DNA of 61,706 nt, counting the filler, from Hausera hauseri (taxonomy: Eukaryota), in assembly GCA_046269625.1 (NCBI GenBank). It is 13 parts of 13 records of this genome, joined end to end, with 100 filler letters (N's around TTAATTAATTAA, not from the genome) between each part and the next. Parts side by side here need not be neighbours in the genome. Positions count along the whole stretch, not along the records: positions 35,525 to 39,717 come from JBJURY010709325.1; positions 39,818 to 44,248 come from JBJURY010585556.1; positions 44,349 to 48,289 come from JBJURY010870737.1; positions 48,390 to 52,741 come from JBJURY010621553.1; 9 more parts are not named here. One strand, written 5' to 3'. How positions within the stretch are numbered: the first letter of the stretch is position 1; each line of letters opens with the position of its first letter. A program made the translations under genes and the position numbers. Shown here one piece after another: positions 39,428-50,939 of this stretch. The notes beneath the pieces were generated by a model. The model did not search any database. It saw nothing but the letters and a program-made list of their open reading frames with translations, and was not told the DNA's origin.

Positions 39428-39717
39428 TTAGAAAAATATGCTATTTATGTCGCTGATTTCTTGTCTGACGTTCAGTTGAGGCTTGGATCTTCTTATGTGG
39501 ATGGCTTCTTTGACTCTTAGGTTAATCTGATCTCTTGCCGTGTCCAGTACCTCCGCCGAGAACTTTGAGTCAGATTCTTGTTGGTGTTCAAATACTGACC
39601 TTTTTTCGTCCTTGAGGTGTTCGGTTATTCTGGTGTGTAGTTCTCTTATTGTGCTGCCTATGTAGTTTTTGTTGCATTTGTTGCATGTCATTCTGTAAAC
39701 TACATTCTTCCTGAGGC
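39428..39717 (-). mobile_element. Penelope-like element GIY-YIG endonuclease
   Basis: KNVVYRMTCNKCNKNYIGSTIRELHTRITEH..LRVKEAIHIRRSKPQLN. Confidence 0.92.
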
Positions 39718-40138
39718 NNNNNNNNNNNNNNNNNNNNNNNNNNNNNNNNNNNNNNNNNNNNTTAATTAATTAANNNNNNNNNNNNNNNNNNNNNNNNNNN
39801 NNNNNNNNNNNNNNNNNTATTACTTTATTAATACATACTATTGATAATTCAAATTTAAAGTTAACAACAATATGTTCAATTTTCTAATATGTACAATTTA
39901 ACAGCTGTATTATCTAGTCATGTACAATTTATCAGCTGTATTATCTAGTCAATTCACAACACTACGGTTTGTTTGTTGTATACCAAACTTGTTTGAGTTT
40001 ACTGTCCTTTTGAATTTTGTTTCTTTTTTCAACCATTCACTTAAACTCTGAACGTTAGTTGCTCCGTTTTTATCCTCTTTCCAACGGTCATATTGCACTG
40101 TCATTTCTTTTGGTAATTTCTTTATTATGTTGTGGTAT

Positions 40139-40290
40139 AGGAAAGTAGTTATAAAAGGGCTGGTATAAACCGGCCTCTCAAAATTTTTAAAACTTTCTTC
40201 ATTTGCTCATCTCCTAACTACCACTCGCTCATGAAAAATTTTTTAATTTGAAAAACCGACTCATACCAGCTCTTTTACAACTACTCCCAA
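40139..40290. mobile_element. Small MITE
   Basis: Inverted ends AGTAGTTATAAAAGGGCTGGTAT and ATACCAGCTCTTTTACAACTACT. Confidence 0.65.
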
Positions 40291-40469
40291 CATTTCAATT
40301 ATAGAAATATACAACAAAAATGACTTCAAATAATTCCGTTTGTAAATTTTGTGAAACAGGTCGCATAATTATGAAATCAGACAATAAATATGCATGGAAT
40401 GAAAGTACAATTTGTAAATGTTGTATTAACATTATAAAAAATATACAATACAAATGAATAATCCGGAAT

Positions 40470-41625
40470 CGACTGCTGTAACTCGTCAAACTGTCGCTGC
40501 ATCGATTGCAATCGTTGTAAGAATGCAGTATTGTCAGTGTATGAAGGTGCGTGAGCGGTTGCTGCAGCTACCGGTTGTTGACTATTAGATTGCAATATAT
40601 CAAAACTTTTGTCTGCCAATAAAGCGAGATTTTCAAGGGCACTAGAGTCGTCTACTACAGTGCCGAAAGGAAATACCGACGAAGAAGATCGGCATTTTTT
40701 ATAGGAGTGACGCTTAAGGAAATCAACTGAGAGATTGCAGTTTTCAGGAAGTCCGATGGTTTCTGATTTCCGATGGCATGCTCATTGAAGTATTTTTGAA
40801 TTATGCTGTCAATGGAAGGGTCGGTTATATGCGGAACTGATTCATAAAGCATATCATATGGACTTGAACAAGCAAGTATGTCAGCAAGATTGTTGATTTG
40901 CTGCTTGATGTTAGCTGGAAGTAATAGCAGCAAACTGTTTGCCCGCAAAAGGAGCCTGTAATATCATGGGCTTTAAGCCATTGCAAGTGGAACTGCAACC
41001 AGTACGACTAGAATTCGTCTTATCTAGAAAAAAATCCGTGCAGGGGAGATTTGGAGATGTAGTTGGTGTGGTATTGGCAAGACGACGACCAGATCTGGTC
41101 TTTGTGGAGTTTTCCACATAGGAAGGATCGGCGTGCAATCCACCCCGTAAGCGAAAATGGAGCATGATACAGGTGTATGAACGTTCGTGGCGTACGAAAG
41201 ATAGGAGGGAGTCTGAAGGATGTACTATAAGCCCTTTATATGTTAAATAAAAATCCGAAGTGCTATGTGATGAGGTCAAAGCGTCATATAAGACTTGTGC
41301 TGTCTCGTTGAGTGGAACTTGTAAGGTTGTGATGTGTTGATTGTAACTAAAGACCCGAAAAAATTGTAATGAGCTCATCCCAAAGGAACGATAAAATGCA
41401 CGGGTGGCCTGGGCGGTTACCTTTTGGATTAAGAAGCGGTTCGAGCGTACAGCCGGGATAGCGGTGACTAAAGATAATTGGGATAAAAAGATGTTAAGTT
41501 TAGAAACCCTTTAAAATGAAAGATAGTTTGAGCCAGAAAGATTCCGTAAATGCGCAGAAAGCGGTCACATTGGTGGGCGCGAATCGATAAAAGAAATCTC
41601 ACCCACTTGTGTTTAGACACCTCTG
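40470..41625 (-). mobile_element. CsRn1-like element, second 5' copy: leader plus UBL-gag, 3'-truncated
   Basis: Collinear homolog of about 17970-19150; GNQKPSDFL and NADLLRRYF are shared. Confidence 0.9.
41139..41378 (-). CDS. 80-aa ubiquitin-like module ending LHFRLRGG at the Gag N-terminus
   Basis: ATG to GG is exactly 80 codons. DFYLTYKG lies at the position of ubiquitin RLIFAG. Confidence 0.82.
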
Positions 41626-41862
41626 ATGGTTTCATGTCCGCCGGTCGATCGGTGAGGTTGATGTTGACTCGCGTGATGTCCTTAGAATCAATACGGTGGT
41701 CTGGTCCAGAGTTTGAAATCCAAATACCTTGTCCAGTGATGCGATTTCTTTCGACAGCAGCTGTTCAATTTTGGATAGATTGAAACTTTTGAGTTTTTCT
41801 TGTTCAAGAGTTTGAACTTTATAATTAGGAATTTTAATCGGAGCCTCTGGTGGCAGAACAAC

Positions 41863-42120
41863 GGATGTCAAGGAACCATTTATCTGGAAATCTAGCATCA
41901 AGTCAGCAACTTGTTTTTTGAAGTCATCGGATTGAATCAACACGCCAGTTTTAAATTTATCTTTAGACCTTTTAATCATTCGTTCGGCATGCATAGTCAA
42001 TTTCTTCATGCAATTGTGCAAATAATACAACTGTTCAGTTGCCATCGATAGCAAAAGATTTGCGAGTTTCTGTTGCCAATCACTACAATGTGCGGTAATA
42101 CTGTTTTTAGACATCGACGT
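41863..42120 (-). pseudogene. DNAH2: Two joined fragments of an axonemal dynein heavy chain (DNAH2-like) within mosaic ORF 41632-42327
   Basis: KNSITAHCSDWQQKLANLLLSMATEQL and ERMIKRSKDKFKTGVLIQSDDFKKQV resemble recalled DNAH2 segments HCNEWQNKFATLL and MLKKHKEKFKTGLIHSADDFKKK. Confidence 0.7.
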
Positions 42121-42541
42121 TAGATTCGAATTTGACGAGACAAATTCAAAATACGTGCAATACTGTGAAATTGATTGGGTGTACGTAATAAAAATTGAAA
42201 GTTTAATTGAAAATCCATTCAGGTCATGCAAAATGGAGTAGTAACATTTTTGCAACGAATCACTTGATTCTTTCAATATATCGACATTCAAAACATTAAC
42301 ACAATTGATAAGATGTTTGGCATACATTGGGATTGTTTTTGAAACTTTGAAGTAGTCAACTTTGAGTTGAATTGCCGGATTTTCTTCTACAACCTTATGA
42401 GATTTGATATAAGGAAATATACTAATAGTCGACTTATAAAAATACCATGATTATTTCTTCAAAGGAGCATATTCGTGTACCCAAGCAACTTGATCTTCTG
42501 AAGGATAGAATAAACTTTCGTAAAGGATGCTTTGACCGCTT

Positions 42542-44248
42542 TTAGAATATGATGGATACTTTGACGTGTCGAGAGACTTGGTGATTTCTTGATTGCTTGT
42601 CAATTCTTTTTTTCGGAGTTTTCTGATTCGACTTACGATCAGTTAGTTTGCTTTGCAATGACAAATTGTGCATCTCATCACAGGGTTCCAAAAACGCCTG
42701 CTGGTAATAAATGAACAAAAACTGAAACAACAGTTTCCTAGCTTCCTCCATGGAATAGGTTTGGAAATCAGACAAGAAAAACTGAGAGGATGAAGTGAAG
42801 CTGACATTGAAGTAGCCATCACATGACGTTAATTGGATACAAGGCTCAAAGATGCCGAGTTTAGCACAGAGGCTGAAAATAGGATGGAATTCAGATGGGT
42901 AGTCGTTGGTGGTTATCATCGTTGTTCTTGGAAACAAACTGTGACAATGCGCAATGGAATCCATCTGTGTTTTACTTTTCCGTTGACTAATAAAGGAATT
43001 ATGTGGCAGATTATTAGGCCGTTTGTTTTCAAAGAACTCTTTTGGTGGAGCCGGTGACACTTCATCAAAAGAAGCATCAGTTGTGACCATTTTTCGTCCA
43101 TAAAACTCATAACTACAACTATAATTTAGATTTGGTGCAACTTTGGTATGAATTCTATGTTTAAGTTTGGATTTTGTTGGAAACACATCAAAACTTTCGT
43201 TGGTGACCTTATGGACTGGTTTAGGAGAATGAAGTCTCATTCCATGAGAAACATCAATTAACGTGTAAGGTGCTACTCTGTAGCATCGATTTTGATTTCC
43301 GCGAATTCGGATACCTTTAGGGAACTCCTTATCAAACAAAACTTCAATCCAATGATCACCATTAGACTTTGGTTCGATACCGATGACTACACTACTAAGG
43401 CCAATCGAAACACAATGACATTCGGAAACAAAAACTACTCTGTCTAACAAACGAAACTCGGTGATTCGATCGGGCTTTGCAGATTGCACGGTAAAGTAAG
43501 GCACGTAGAGTTTCTTAAATTCTACTTCAACTTCATTCGTAGTTCGATTATCATCCATTTTTTGATGTAAATTATCAGCAATAGCTTTCAATATTTCGAT
43601 TAATGAACTGCGAATGATTTTATGACCATTACTCAGTCGCTCTAGGCCTTTACATGACAAACTGTCAAGGTACTCCTTTAGTTCATCGCATCTTTGTACT
43701 GCTAATTCTCGATCACCATCATAACTGAAAACGTCTTCCAGTGAAAAATTATCCGATTCATTATTATTCAGAAACTCAAAAATATCAGGGAACTTCGTTC
43801 GGTAATCTTCAAGCAGTCTTACGACTTTCAAAGTATACATCCAAATCCCATTGCTGTTTTCCGAAGCCGAATCAAACGTTTTAATCCAATCAGGAATCTG
43901 TTCGTTCTTCTTTTTGTTTTTTAAATCCAAGCCGATGTTAAATCGATCGTGTTTCCGTTTCTTTCGAATGTAGTTATCAACCATTTCTGTTGGACAGTTG
44001 ATGAATATCGAACCGGTAATTCAAGAAACCAAAAACGGACTCAAATCCAGATATTCTGCAGCCTGTGACGCAGACATGTAGTCCATGTCCAATTTATCAA
44101 CGTCGACTTCACCATAAAATGGATCGTTGATAGAGTCAGTAGCTACCTTCACGACACTCTTCGTATTTTCGATAGCCGGAAAAATAGTGGCAAGTATATA
44201 TTGTGATAAAAGAATATCCAAAGTTTTTGAGCTTAAAAGGTTTTCAAA
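42542..44248 (-). pseudogene. XRN1: 5'-3' exoribonuclease 1, C-terminal portion, intronless, with one in-frame TGA
   Basis: LVS*ITGSIFI (normally SRITG), NIGLDLK, LLEDYRTKFPDIF, FRLLDRVV, VLFDKEF and LIDVSHG. Confidence 0.88.
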
Positions 44249-45528
44249 NNNNNNNNNNNNNNNNNNNNNNNNNNNNNNNNNNNNNNNNNNNNTTAATTAA
44301 TTAANNNNNNNNNNNNNNNNNNNNNNNNNNNNNNNNNNNNNNNNNNNNCAAGATCTCACACTCACGATGGCGAACGTCCCTGAACTGCCTCGCCTCTGAC
44401 ATCACTGTTCCTCCCACACTTTAAACCCTGGATATAACCAGTCACAACATAACGTACGCAGCCCAGAGGAACCGTCCTCCTCACGGCCCGCCTTCATTAA
44501 ACACTCCACCAGAGGAACTAATCCCAGTTAAACACGCCAGAGATGAAAACGAACACCGCAGTTAAGTGTGCATCACTTCATCGTCCCTAAACCGCCCTGC
44601 TGGTGGAGAGGAACGCCTCCCTGCGTCACAACCGTGAATCATCGAGACCATGAGCACGGCTCCTTCTGTAATCCACGACTGGAGGATTACCGAAGCACGG
44701 AGACATGAGAGACTCTTCATCCCTCAACTTCTCAAAACCTTTTTAAATAACCGCTTAAAACCTTCCTCCCAAACTGGCTTGCGTGACCTTCACGTACGAA
44801 GCTGAAAGAAGTGACGGCGCAGTACGAAACGAACAAAGAAATAACTGAGCATATATGATACGGCTAACTTTACCTAGAAGTAATGGTGACTGCAATGAAA
44901 GCAATTTTGAAAAACTTTATTAATTCATACCTCCGTAACCACCAGTCTAAATCGCACATAACTTGATAGAAATATGGTATAGGCGAATTTATAGCTGCTG
45001 TTGAATACAGAACATGGAAAAATACATGGTATCAAAAAATTAATCAATATTTAAACTAGATATTGAATCGTGTCCCAAAAAAATAAATTTTTCGCTGCCA
45101 TGTAAGGTACATATACGTTATGTGGCCCATTTAAAAATCGCTCATGAATTAACCCTCATTTTTTCCATTAATATTGCATGTCATTGAATTCGTGAAGTCT
45201 GCACTTATACAATTTCTCCATACGAACACAAATGGACATGTAATAAAATGAAGAATTTTTTAATTTTAACCCACTGAATTTTGATATCCATAACAAAAAA
45301 TGCATGTGCAAAATTTGGTTAATCAATGATTCAACTACAACTTGATTTATTAAATATTTCTTATGGATGTTGAATCCACAATTATGTAAGTTAAAATTTC
45401 AACCATGTAGTTTCGTGTGATGACTTCAGTTTTAACTGTGTCGCCTACGTAATGAATCCATTTTAAATTATAATTTTTTCACGACAAAAATAGTTAAAAA
45501 CACTAAATATATGTGATAAGTTTAGATG

Positions 45529-45730
45529 TGTAAGATTTATTTGGAATTACGACCTTAAACTTATACTATCAATCCTCAACTTGGGCCCTCTCCTTGTCCC
45601 AAGTTCGATTTAATTAATTACGGTATTCGGCAGCCTGTGGGTCTGCCGAAATTCAGGAATTTTATTCAATTACTTTTTCCTTAATGTGCGAGTTCGGTCA
45701 GGAGGTACACTGACTTCACTCTCCCTGATT
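45529..45730 (-). repeat. Putative PPT plus 3' LTR (about 190 bp)
   Basis: Minus strand AGGGAGAG, then TGAAG...AATAAATCTTACA. Two internal hairpins (CGGCAG/CTGCCG and AACTTGGG/CCCAAGTT). Confidence 0.5.
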
Positions 45731-46243
45731 TATTATAATTTTGACAACCGACCTGTATTAAAGGAAGGTATACCAAAAGGGGGTCTATAATTAATTCTGG
45801 ATTTTAACTATTACTATACGGTATCTTTTACTTACTTTAAATCAATAAATCAAAAGATAGGACTAAGAAATGAGAATTTTAATAAAATTGAATTTTATAA
45901 ATTTTATACAGAACAATCAAAATGTATAACAGAACAAAAATACAATAATACACTTACAGTTGTCGTAAATGACGTTCATAATATATTGAAGATCAGAGTT
46001 ATAAAAATTCTGTGTCAAGAAAAATATTGTGTCATAATACAATCCATACCAGTATATATAGTTATCATTTGATAAAGGAAATTTGTACAGTAAATAAAAA
46101 CCAATTATCATAAACCCAAGAAAAATAGAAAAATCATTTTGGTCAACAGAAGGAAAATTGAAATTAAAATCAAGTAATGTCTTTTTGTTTATTTGTTTAT
46201 TTTTTTCAATCAGATCTTATTTGTCTAATTTATTTCATTTCAG

Positions 46244-48289
46244 TTAATTTCCGGTCTTTGATTTCCGGTCTTTTCGGACATCTCCCTCCTTAGATGATGC
46301 TGTCCGCAGCATCAGAGGGTAGGCCTCGATAATTCCATTAGAATCTTGGTAATCAACAGATTTGATGTGGAGTAATCTTCCTTTCTTTCTAATCTGCTTC
46401 TTCAAGGTGATTGTCTCTGTTTTTAGGGTTTTATTTTTCTTTTTCGGAGTTTTCGTTAGATCAATAAGAATTGACTCTGGGGAACTAGCTATCGTTAGCG
46501 GATTTAGATCAATGTAACAATCTCTTGTAGAAGTTGATGCCTGGTCATTGGCAGATTGGGTGAATGTTGGGCGATCGGCGTTTAATTGGGTATCTGAAAA
46601 TTCTTGTATATCCATTGGGATTTGGAATTGTTCACTTTGATATTCCGGAATAGAGTTATAAATTTTTAGTATTGTTGTCGCTTTATCTCTTGTCCTTTGA
46701 GGGTATACATTACCATTATACTGGGTAAGAATCTGTTTGGCCGTAAATATTCGTTGGGGATTGATACTATCATGATATAGCAATTCTCTGATTCCCAATA
46801 GATTGTTGTAATCATATCTAAGGATAGTTGCAAGGATGTGGTAAACATCAATGCCTATGATTACTTTTCCAGCGATTGTTTTTCTTATGAAAGGTTCTTC
46901 ATAATAGGAATCCTTCTTTCCAATAATATGATCTTCTTTTAGTCCAGTTATGTGACTGTTGTAGTTGTCAATTTTTTCTCTGGGGCATAAAATTTCATCT
47001 AGAACTATTTCGCCATTTAAATTCATCAAGGTTATCTCTACCGTGGTCATCTCGGTATTTCTAATGGGAGTGAATAGGTATATAGGGTTTATGGCCATTA
47101 TTAACATTTCTTCTTTTAACGCTATTGATCTTCTTGCAAATGATAATCCTTTCTCCACATCGATTTCTTTTGGTTTGGGAGTAGTGTATTTAGGAATTTC
47201 ATAATCCAAGCGCGGTATTAGGTCTCTTTTTATGACTTCTAGATAGATTATTGGGGACGGTCCTTGACATGTTCGTAAGGTAATCGTGGCGTTGGCGTAC
47301 AATCGAGGATCCAAACGAACTGTTATACGGGTTAAGACTTCCATTACATCTATAATCCCGTTGGAATGTGACTTGCTTTTGAGCTGGATAGTTCCTTTAG
47401 CCACGGAGACGTATATAGCATAAGTACGTCCGGAAGTATCTATCAGATCGGAAAGGTTAGTTGAGCTTTGTCGTACTTTGATTATGAGACTGCTCCTTTG
47501 CTGGACTGAATAGCCTTTAAGATTGTTAGGGATAAAAACGGCTTTTCCGTAATAGCAGTAATCTTTGTTAGAGGTGGCCCATAAATTGGATAGGATATGA
47601 TTATAAAAGGAGTTGGGTCTTTCGGTTCTTTCTGCACCTTCTTGGACTAAAAATAAAAGCATTAATGTTAGCCAAGCGGTTTTAAAAAAAGGAATGTTAT
47701 CATATTTTGATTGTCGGTTTTTTATATAGGTCGCCAGGAATTTTGCGGCCTGATCATGGGTTTTTATACAGAGACATACGGTTGTGTCTTTCAACGGTCG
47801 GGTCTGCCGCTTTTGATCGGTAAGTCTTTCAACTTGCCGTTGGTTTTCTAAGAAAGGCGCGCTTATATCTTGTAACGATACCTGGGAATCTCCCCTTAGA
47901 ATTTTTAATTGGCCTAATATTTCCCTTATTCTACTTTGTCGTCGCCTTATTTTTGAACAGTAAATTACTAAGGGTAAGAATATGGCTAGTAATACTAAGA
48001 AAGCACATAATAAACTAATTATCCAAGGATGTTTATTCGAGGTTTGTTCTGGTTTTTGTGTAGTTGTTCTTGGCATAATTTTAGGGGTTGTTATTACTTG
48101 TTTTAAAGTCTTTTCTATACGAGAAGTTGTTCGCAATTTTTCTCCTTCATCATCTAATTCTATTATGATAACTTTATAATTTGTGTCTGCTTTTAGGAAC
48201 ATACATGCAGATGTCGGTTCTTCAGGAGTTAAAACTCCTTCACTAATCACTCTATGGTTGAGATAACACTCAAATTTTATATTTGTGCT
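46244..48289 (-). CDS. 5'-truncated membrane protein with an inactive DEDDh (REXO4/ISG20-like) exonuclease domain
   Basis: Open to the contig end (more than 680 codons). Thr-rich stalk, TM WIISLLCAFLVLLAIFLPLVIYC and a basic stop-transfer segment. ALKEEM..ITLMNLNGEIVLDEILCPREKIDNYNSHITGL..GKVIIG. Confidence 0.72.
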   Translation of the reverse strand, partial: STNIKFECYLNHRVISEGVLTPEEPTSACMFLKADTNYKVIIIELDDEGEKLRTTSRIEKTLKQVITTPKIMPRTTTQKPEQTSNKHPWIISLLCAFLVLLAIFLPLVIYCSKIRRRQSRIREILGQLKILRGDSQVSLQDISAPFLENQRQVERLTDQKRQTRPLKDTTVCLCIKTHDQAAKFLATYIKNRQSKYDNIPFFKTAWLTLMLLFLVQEGAERTERPNSFYNHILSNLWATSNKDYCYYGKAVFIPNNLKGYSVQQRSSLIIKVRQSSTNLSDLIDTSGRTYAIYVSVAKGTIQLKSKSHSNGIIDVMEVLTRITVRLDPRLYANATITLRTCQGPSPIIYLEVIKRDLIPRLDYEIPKYTTPKPKEIDVEKGLSFARRSIALKEEMLIMAINPIYLFTPIRNTEMTTVEITLMNLNGEIVLDEILCPREKIDNYNSHITGLKEDHIIGKKDSYYEEPFIRKTIAGKVIIGIDVYHILATILRYDYNNLLGIRELLYHDSINPQRIFTAKQILTQYNGNVYPQRTRDKATTILKIYNSIPEYQSEQFQIPMDIQEFSDTQLNADRPTFTQSANDQASTSTRDCYIDLNPLTIASSPESILIDLTKTPKKKNKTLKTETITLKKQIRKKGRLLHIKSVDYQDSNGIIEAYPLMLRTASSKEGDVRKDRKSKTGN

Positions 48290-48389
48290 NNNNNNNNNNN
48301 NNNNNNNNNNNNNNNNNNNNNNNNNNNNNNNNNTTAATTAATTAANNNNNNNNNNNNNNNNNNNNNNNNNNNNNNNNNNNNNNNNNNNN

Positions 48390-49167
48390 AAAAATCTTGG
48401 CTGATACTAATCGTAATTGGACGTCCATTCTACCATTTGTTCTACTAGGTTGGCGCAACACACCTTCGACCACTACCGGTTGCGCTCCAGCCGAAGCACT
48501 CTTTGGGACTCCAATTAGGGCCTTATTTGAGCTTTCTGATCTCGACGACAATCCTGCAGACGAAAACATTCGTGCGGCACAATCTCACTTCGTCGAGGTC
48601 AGCTCAGATTCATTCTGCCGCCTCTTTAATAACAACAAATCCTACATTCCGAAGGATTTATACTCCGCCAAGTTTGTGTGGTTAAAAGATCAATCTCCTT
48701 CTGGTTTTAGACCTCAATATGTTGGCCCGTACAAACTGCTGAATCTTTCATCTCACACAGCAACAATCTTACACCAAGAAAAACCGTACAACGTCCACAT
48801 TTCGAATCTGAAGCCTGCCTTTTTCATTCACGACATTCAAGATAACAATTATACATTCAATTCAGACTCACCTAGTAATTCCACTGACTTTTTAAATGAT
48901 TTTGCGTCGGTGCAGCAATCACTACTTGATTACACTCAATCATCATCATTTCCTCCATCCATCTCACTTCACTCTCCGTCATCATGCTCACAACCTTCAT
49001 CTTCTTTCTTGCTTGACTCATTTTCGCTACCACCCCAGTCACAAAATATCACACAACAGCCCAGCGTAAATCCATCGAGTAAGGTACGTAGAGTGACACT
49101 CAATACGTACAGCAGAGAAAAGCTCTTTGATGGCACACAACGCCTGACCCGTACTAAAACTGATTAG
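48390..49167 (+). mobile_element. CsRn1-like integrase C-terminus (same family as 14058-19304)
   Basis: WTSILPFVLLGWRNTP, PQYVGPYKLL, VHISNLKPAF and a Ser-rich tail. Confidence 0.92.
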
Positions 49168-49258
49168 GAACCAAACATTATTCCTTCTTGCGATTCATTG
49201 TTGTAATCCGTATTATCTTCATCATTCTTTTTCGCCTTTACATAGTTTCTCTTTTGCC

Positions 49259-49658
49259 AAGGGGGGGGAAGTGAAGTGGTGCCGCGGCCGTGGGCGTGCT
49301 TGTCTCCTCGCCGGATTTGCAAATTATCACAATTCAAAGCGGACACAATTCAATCAATTGGAATGAAACTATGCTGATCGTCAAACGTTGCGAACACAAT
49401 TCGGTCGATTGAAAATATTGGAATGAAATTATAATTGCCAGTGAATAGACTTTCAAAGACAATATTCTGTATATATGTATATATTCATATGATGTATATC
49501 AAGAAAATATAAATATTAAATATTGATAAATAATTTGTAATTGTGATTTCAATACAATTTAAGCTTTTAGATTTATTCATTATCTTTTTACATCGCCTGG
49601 ATTACTTTATCGTTGGATTTATTTATCTAATTAAACAAGACCCATATTGGTGTCAGAA
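49259..49658 (+). repeat. PPT, LTR-like segment and tRNA-Leu-type primer-binding site
   Basis: AAGGGGGGGGAAG, then TGAAGTG at 49272. ..CCCA at 49644, followed by TGGTGTCAGAA (49648-49658). Confidence 0.65.
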
Positions 49659-49789
49659 TAAAACTAAAACCAACAGCTATTGTATTTAAAATATCCGAAT
49701 TTCATTCTTCTTCTATAAACATTACTTATTTTTGAAGTATGGAAAAATGCCGAGTCTTATCTCAATTAAATTTATTAGAAAAATATACA

Positions 49790-50668
49790 TCTGACAGAAG
49801 TGCATTCAAAACAAAAGACGATGAAAGAGTTACATAAAAAATTTTGACTGCAATAAAAGGAAACGAACGCATTTATCGGAATATCATCGTCAAAAATCCG
49901 AGTTATGTAGATGCTCTAATAAACACACTTCAGGGAATAGTCGATCCAGCCATCACGTACAATGCTATGAAAATTATAAATGAACTAGTTGCAAAACAAA
50001 ACGCTCAGAAAAAAGACCAAATTCTAGTCTACCATTGTGCAACAAAAGCGCTCTTGCAATGCATCTATTTGAAGTCAAGAGAACAAAATCCAAGTGAGGA
50101 CTACATGTTCCTTCTTCATCAAGTACTATACCGAGTTGAAATCAAAGATAAAATAATCGGAGTCCGAGCCAGATTGTGTCAATGTCTAAACGTTATTGTA
50201 AATTTACTGAGTATCCATGTAAATCTCATTCCAAAAAATCGAATTGCAACTGGCGGGATGACCATCGTTTCTCAGCTAAGTAAAACTATTATCAATATTT
50301 TACAGATTCTTCGACTCTATTGCCGTAATTTGATTAATGCATCTCGTCTGGGTCGTATTGGTGTTGTAACTTTTTTGCTAAAGATGATCTCCTGTTGCGG
50401 AAAGAGCAATTTAAACATTTTAAGGATCACCTTGGATTGTTTATATCTATATGTTCGAACTAAGAGTAATTCACAAAGAGCACTTAATCAAGGAGCTATG
50501 TCAATGTTATTAGATTTATATTTGGACTGGAACAAAGGAGAGAGCAAAGAGAAGCAAATCGCTGGACGGAAGTTCATGTTAGGCATCATAAAGCACTCAA
50601 TTAATTTGAGAAGCGGGAAAAAAGCTTTTTTTTCGAAGCCGACGGACTACAAATACTACATGCGTTCT
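49790..50668 (+). pseudogene. AGTPBP1: Cytosolic carboxypeptidase 1 (Nna1/CCP1) N-terminal armadillo-like fragment, intronless
   Basis: KDKIIGVRAR, NASRLGRIGVV, KSNSQRALNQG..LLDLYLDW and GKKAFF(EADGLQIL) match the recalled CCP1 pattern. Frameshift in a T8 run near 50630. Confidence 0.8.
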
Positions 50669-50670
50669 GA

Positions 50671-50937
50671 GATGCCTTTGTCAAACCGGGATTACCGATG
50701 AAAAATGCATTAGACAGAGTCACAAAAACATCGGATGTTGAATTTATTCAAAATGATGTACGATTATATGGCAATGCTGCAATGAATATGGGAATAAAAT
50801 ATCCGATGAATTTGTATCATTTCATTACAACTTTATTAGAAAAGGACATTAACCATGAAGTCGTCAGGGATGTTATGAAGAACTTTCAATATTACAATTT
50901 GTTTATGGATGAAAGTGCAGATACGATACTGGATTTC
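50671..50937 (+). pseudogene. HYOU1: Hsp70-family HYOU1/GRP170 N-terminal fragment
   Basis: AFVKPGLPMKNALDR..RLYGNAAMNMGIKYP..LLEK vs recalled AIVKPGVPMEIVLNK..RFFGDSAASMAIKNP..LLGK. Confidence 0.72.
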
Positions 50938-50939
50938 AC

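Noticed and set aside
44021-44023. In-frame TGA in XRN1 as selenocysteine or an alternative genetic code
   Set aside because: It falls on a conserved Arg (a single change from CGA or AGA), and the window is full of decay stops of all three types.
44349-44830. GC-rich segment, possibly a DIRS-like or other retroelement end
   Set aside because: No ORF or diagnostic terminus to support a call.
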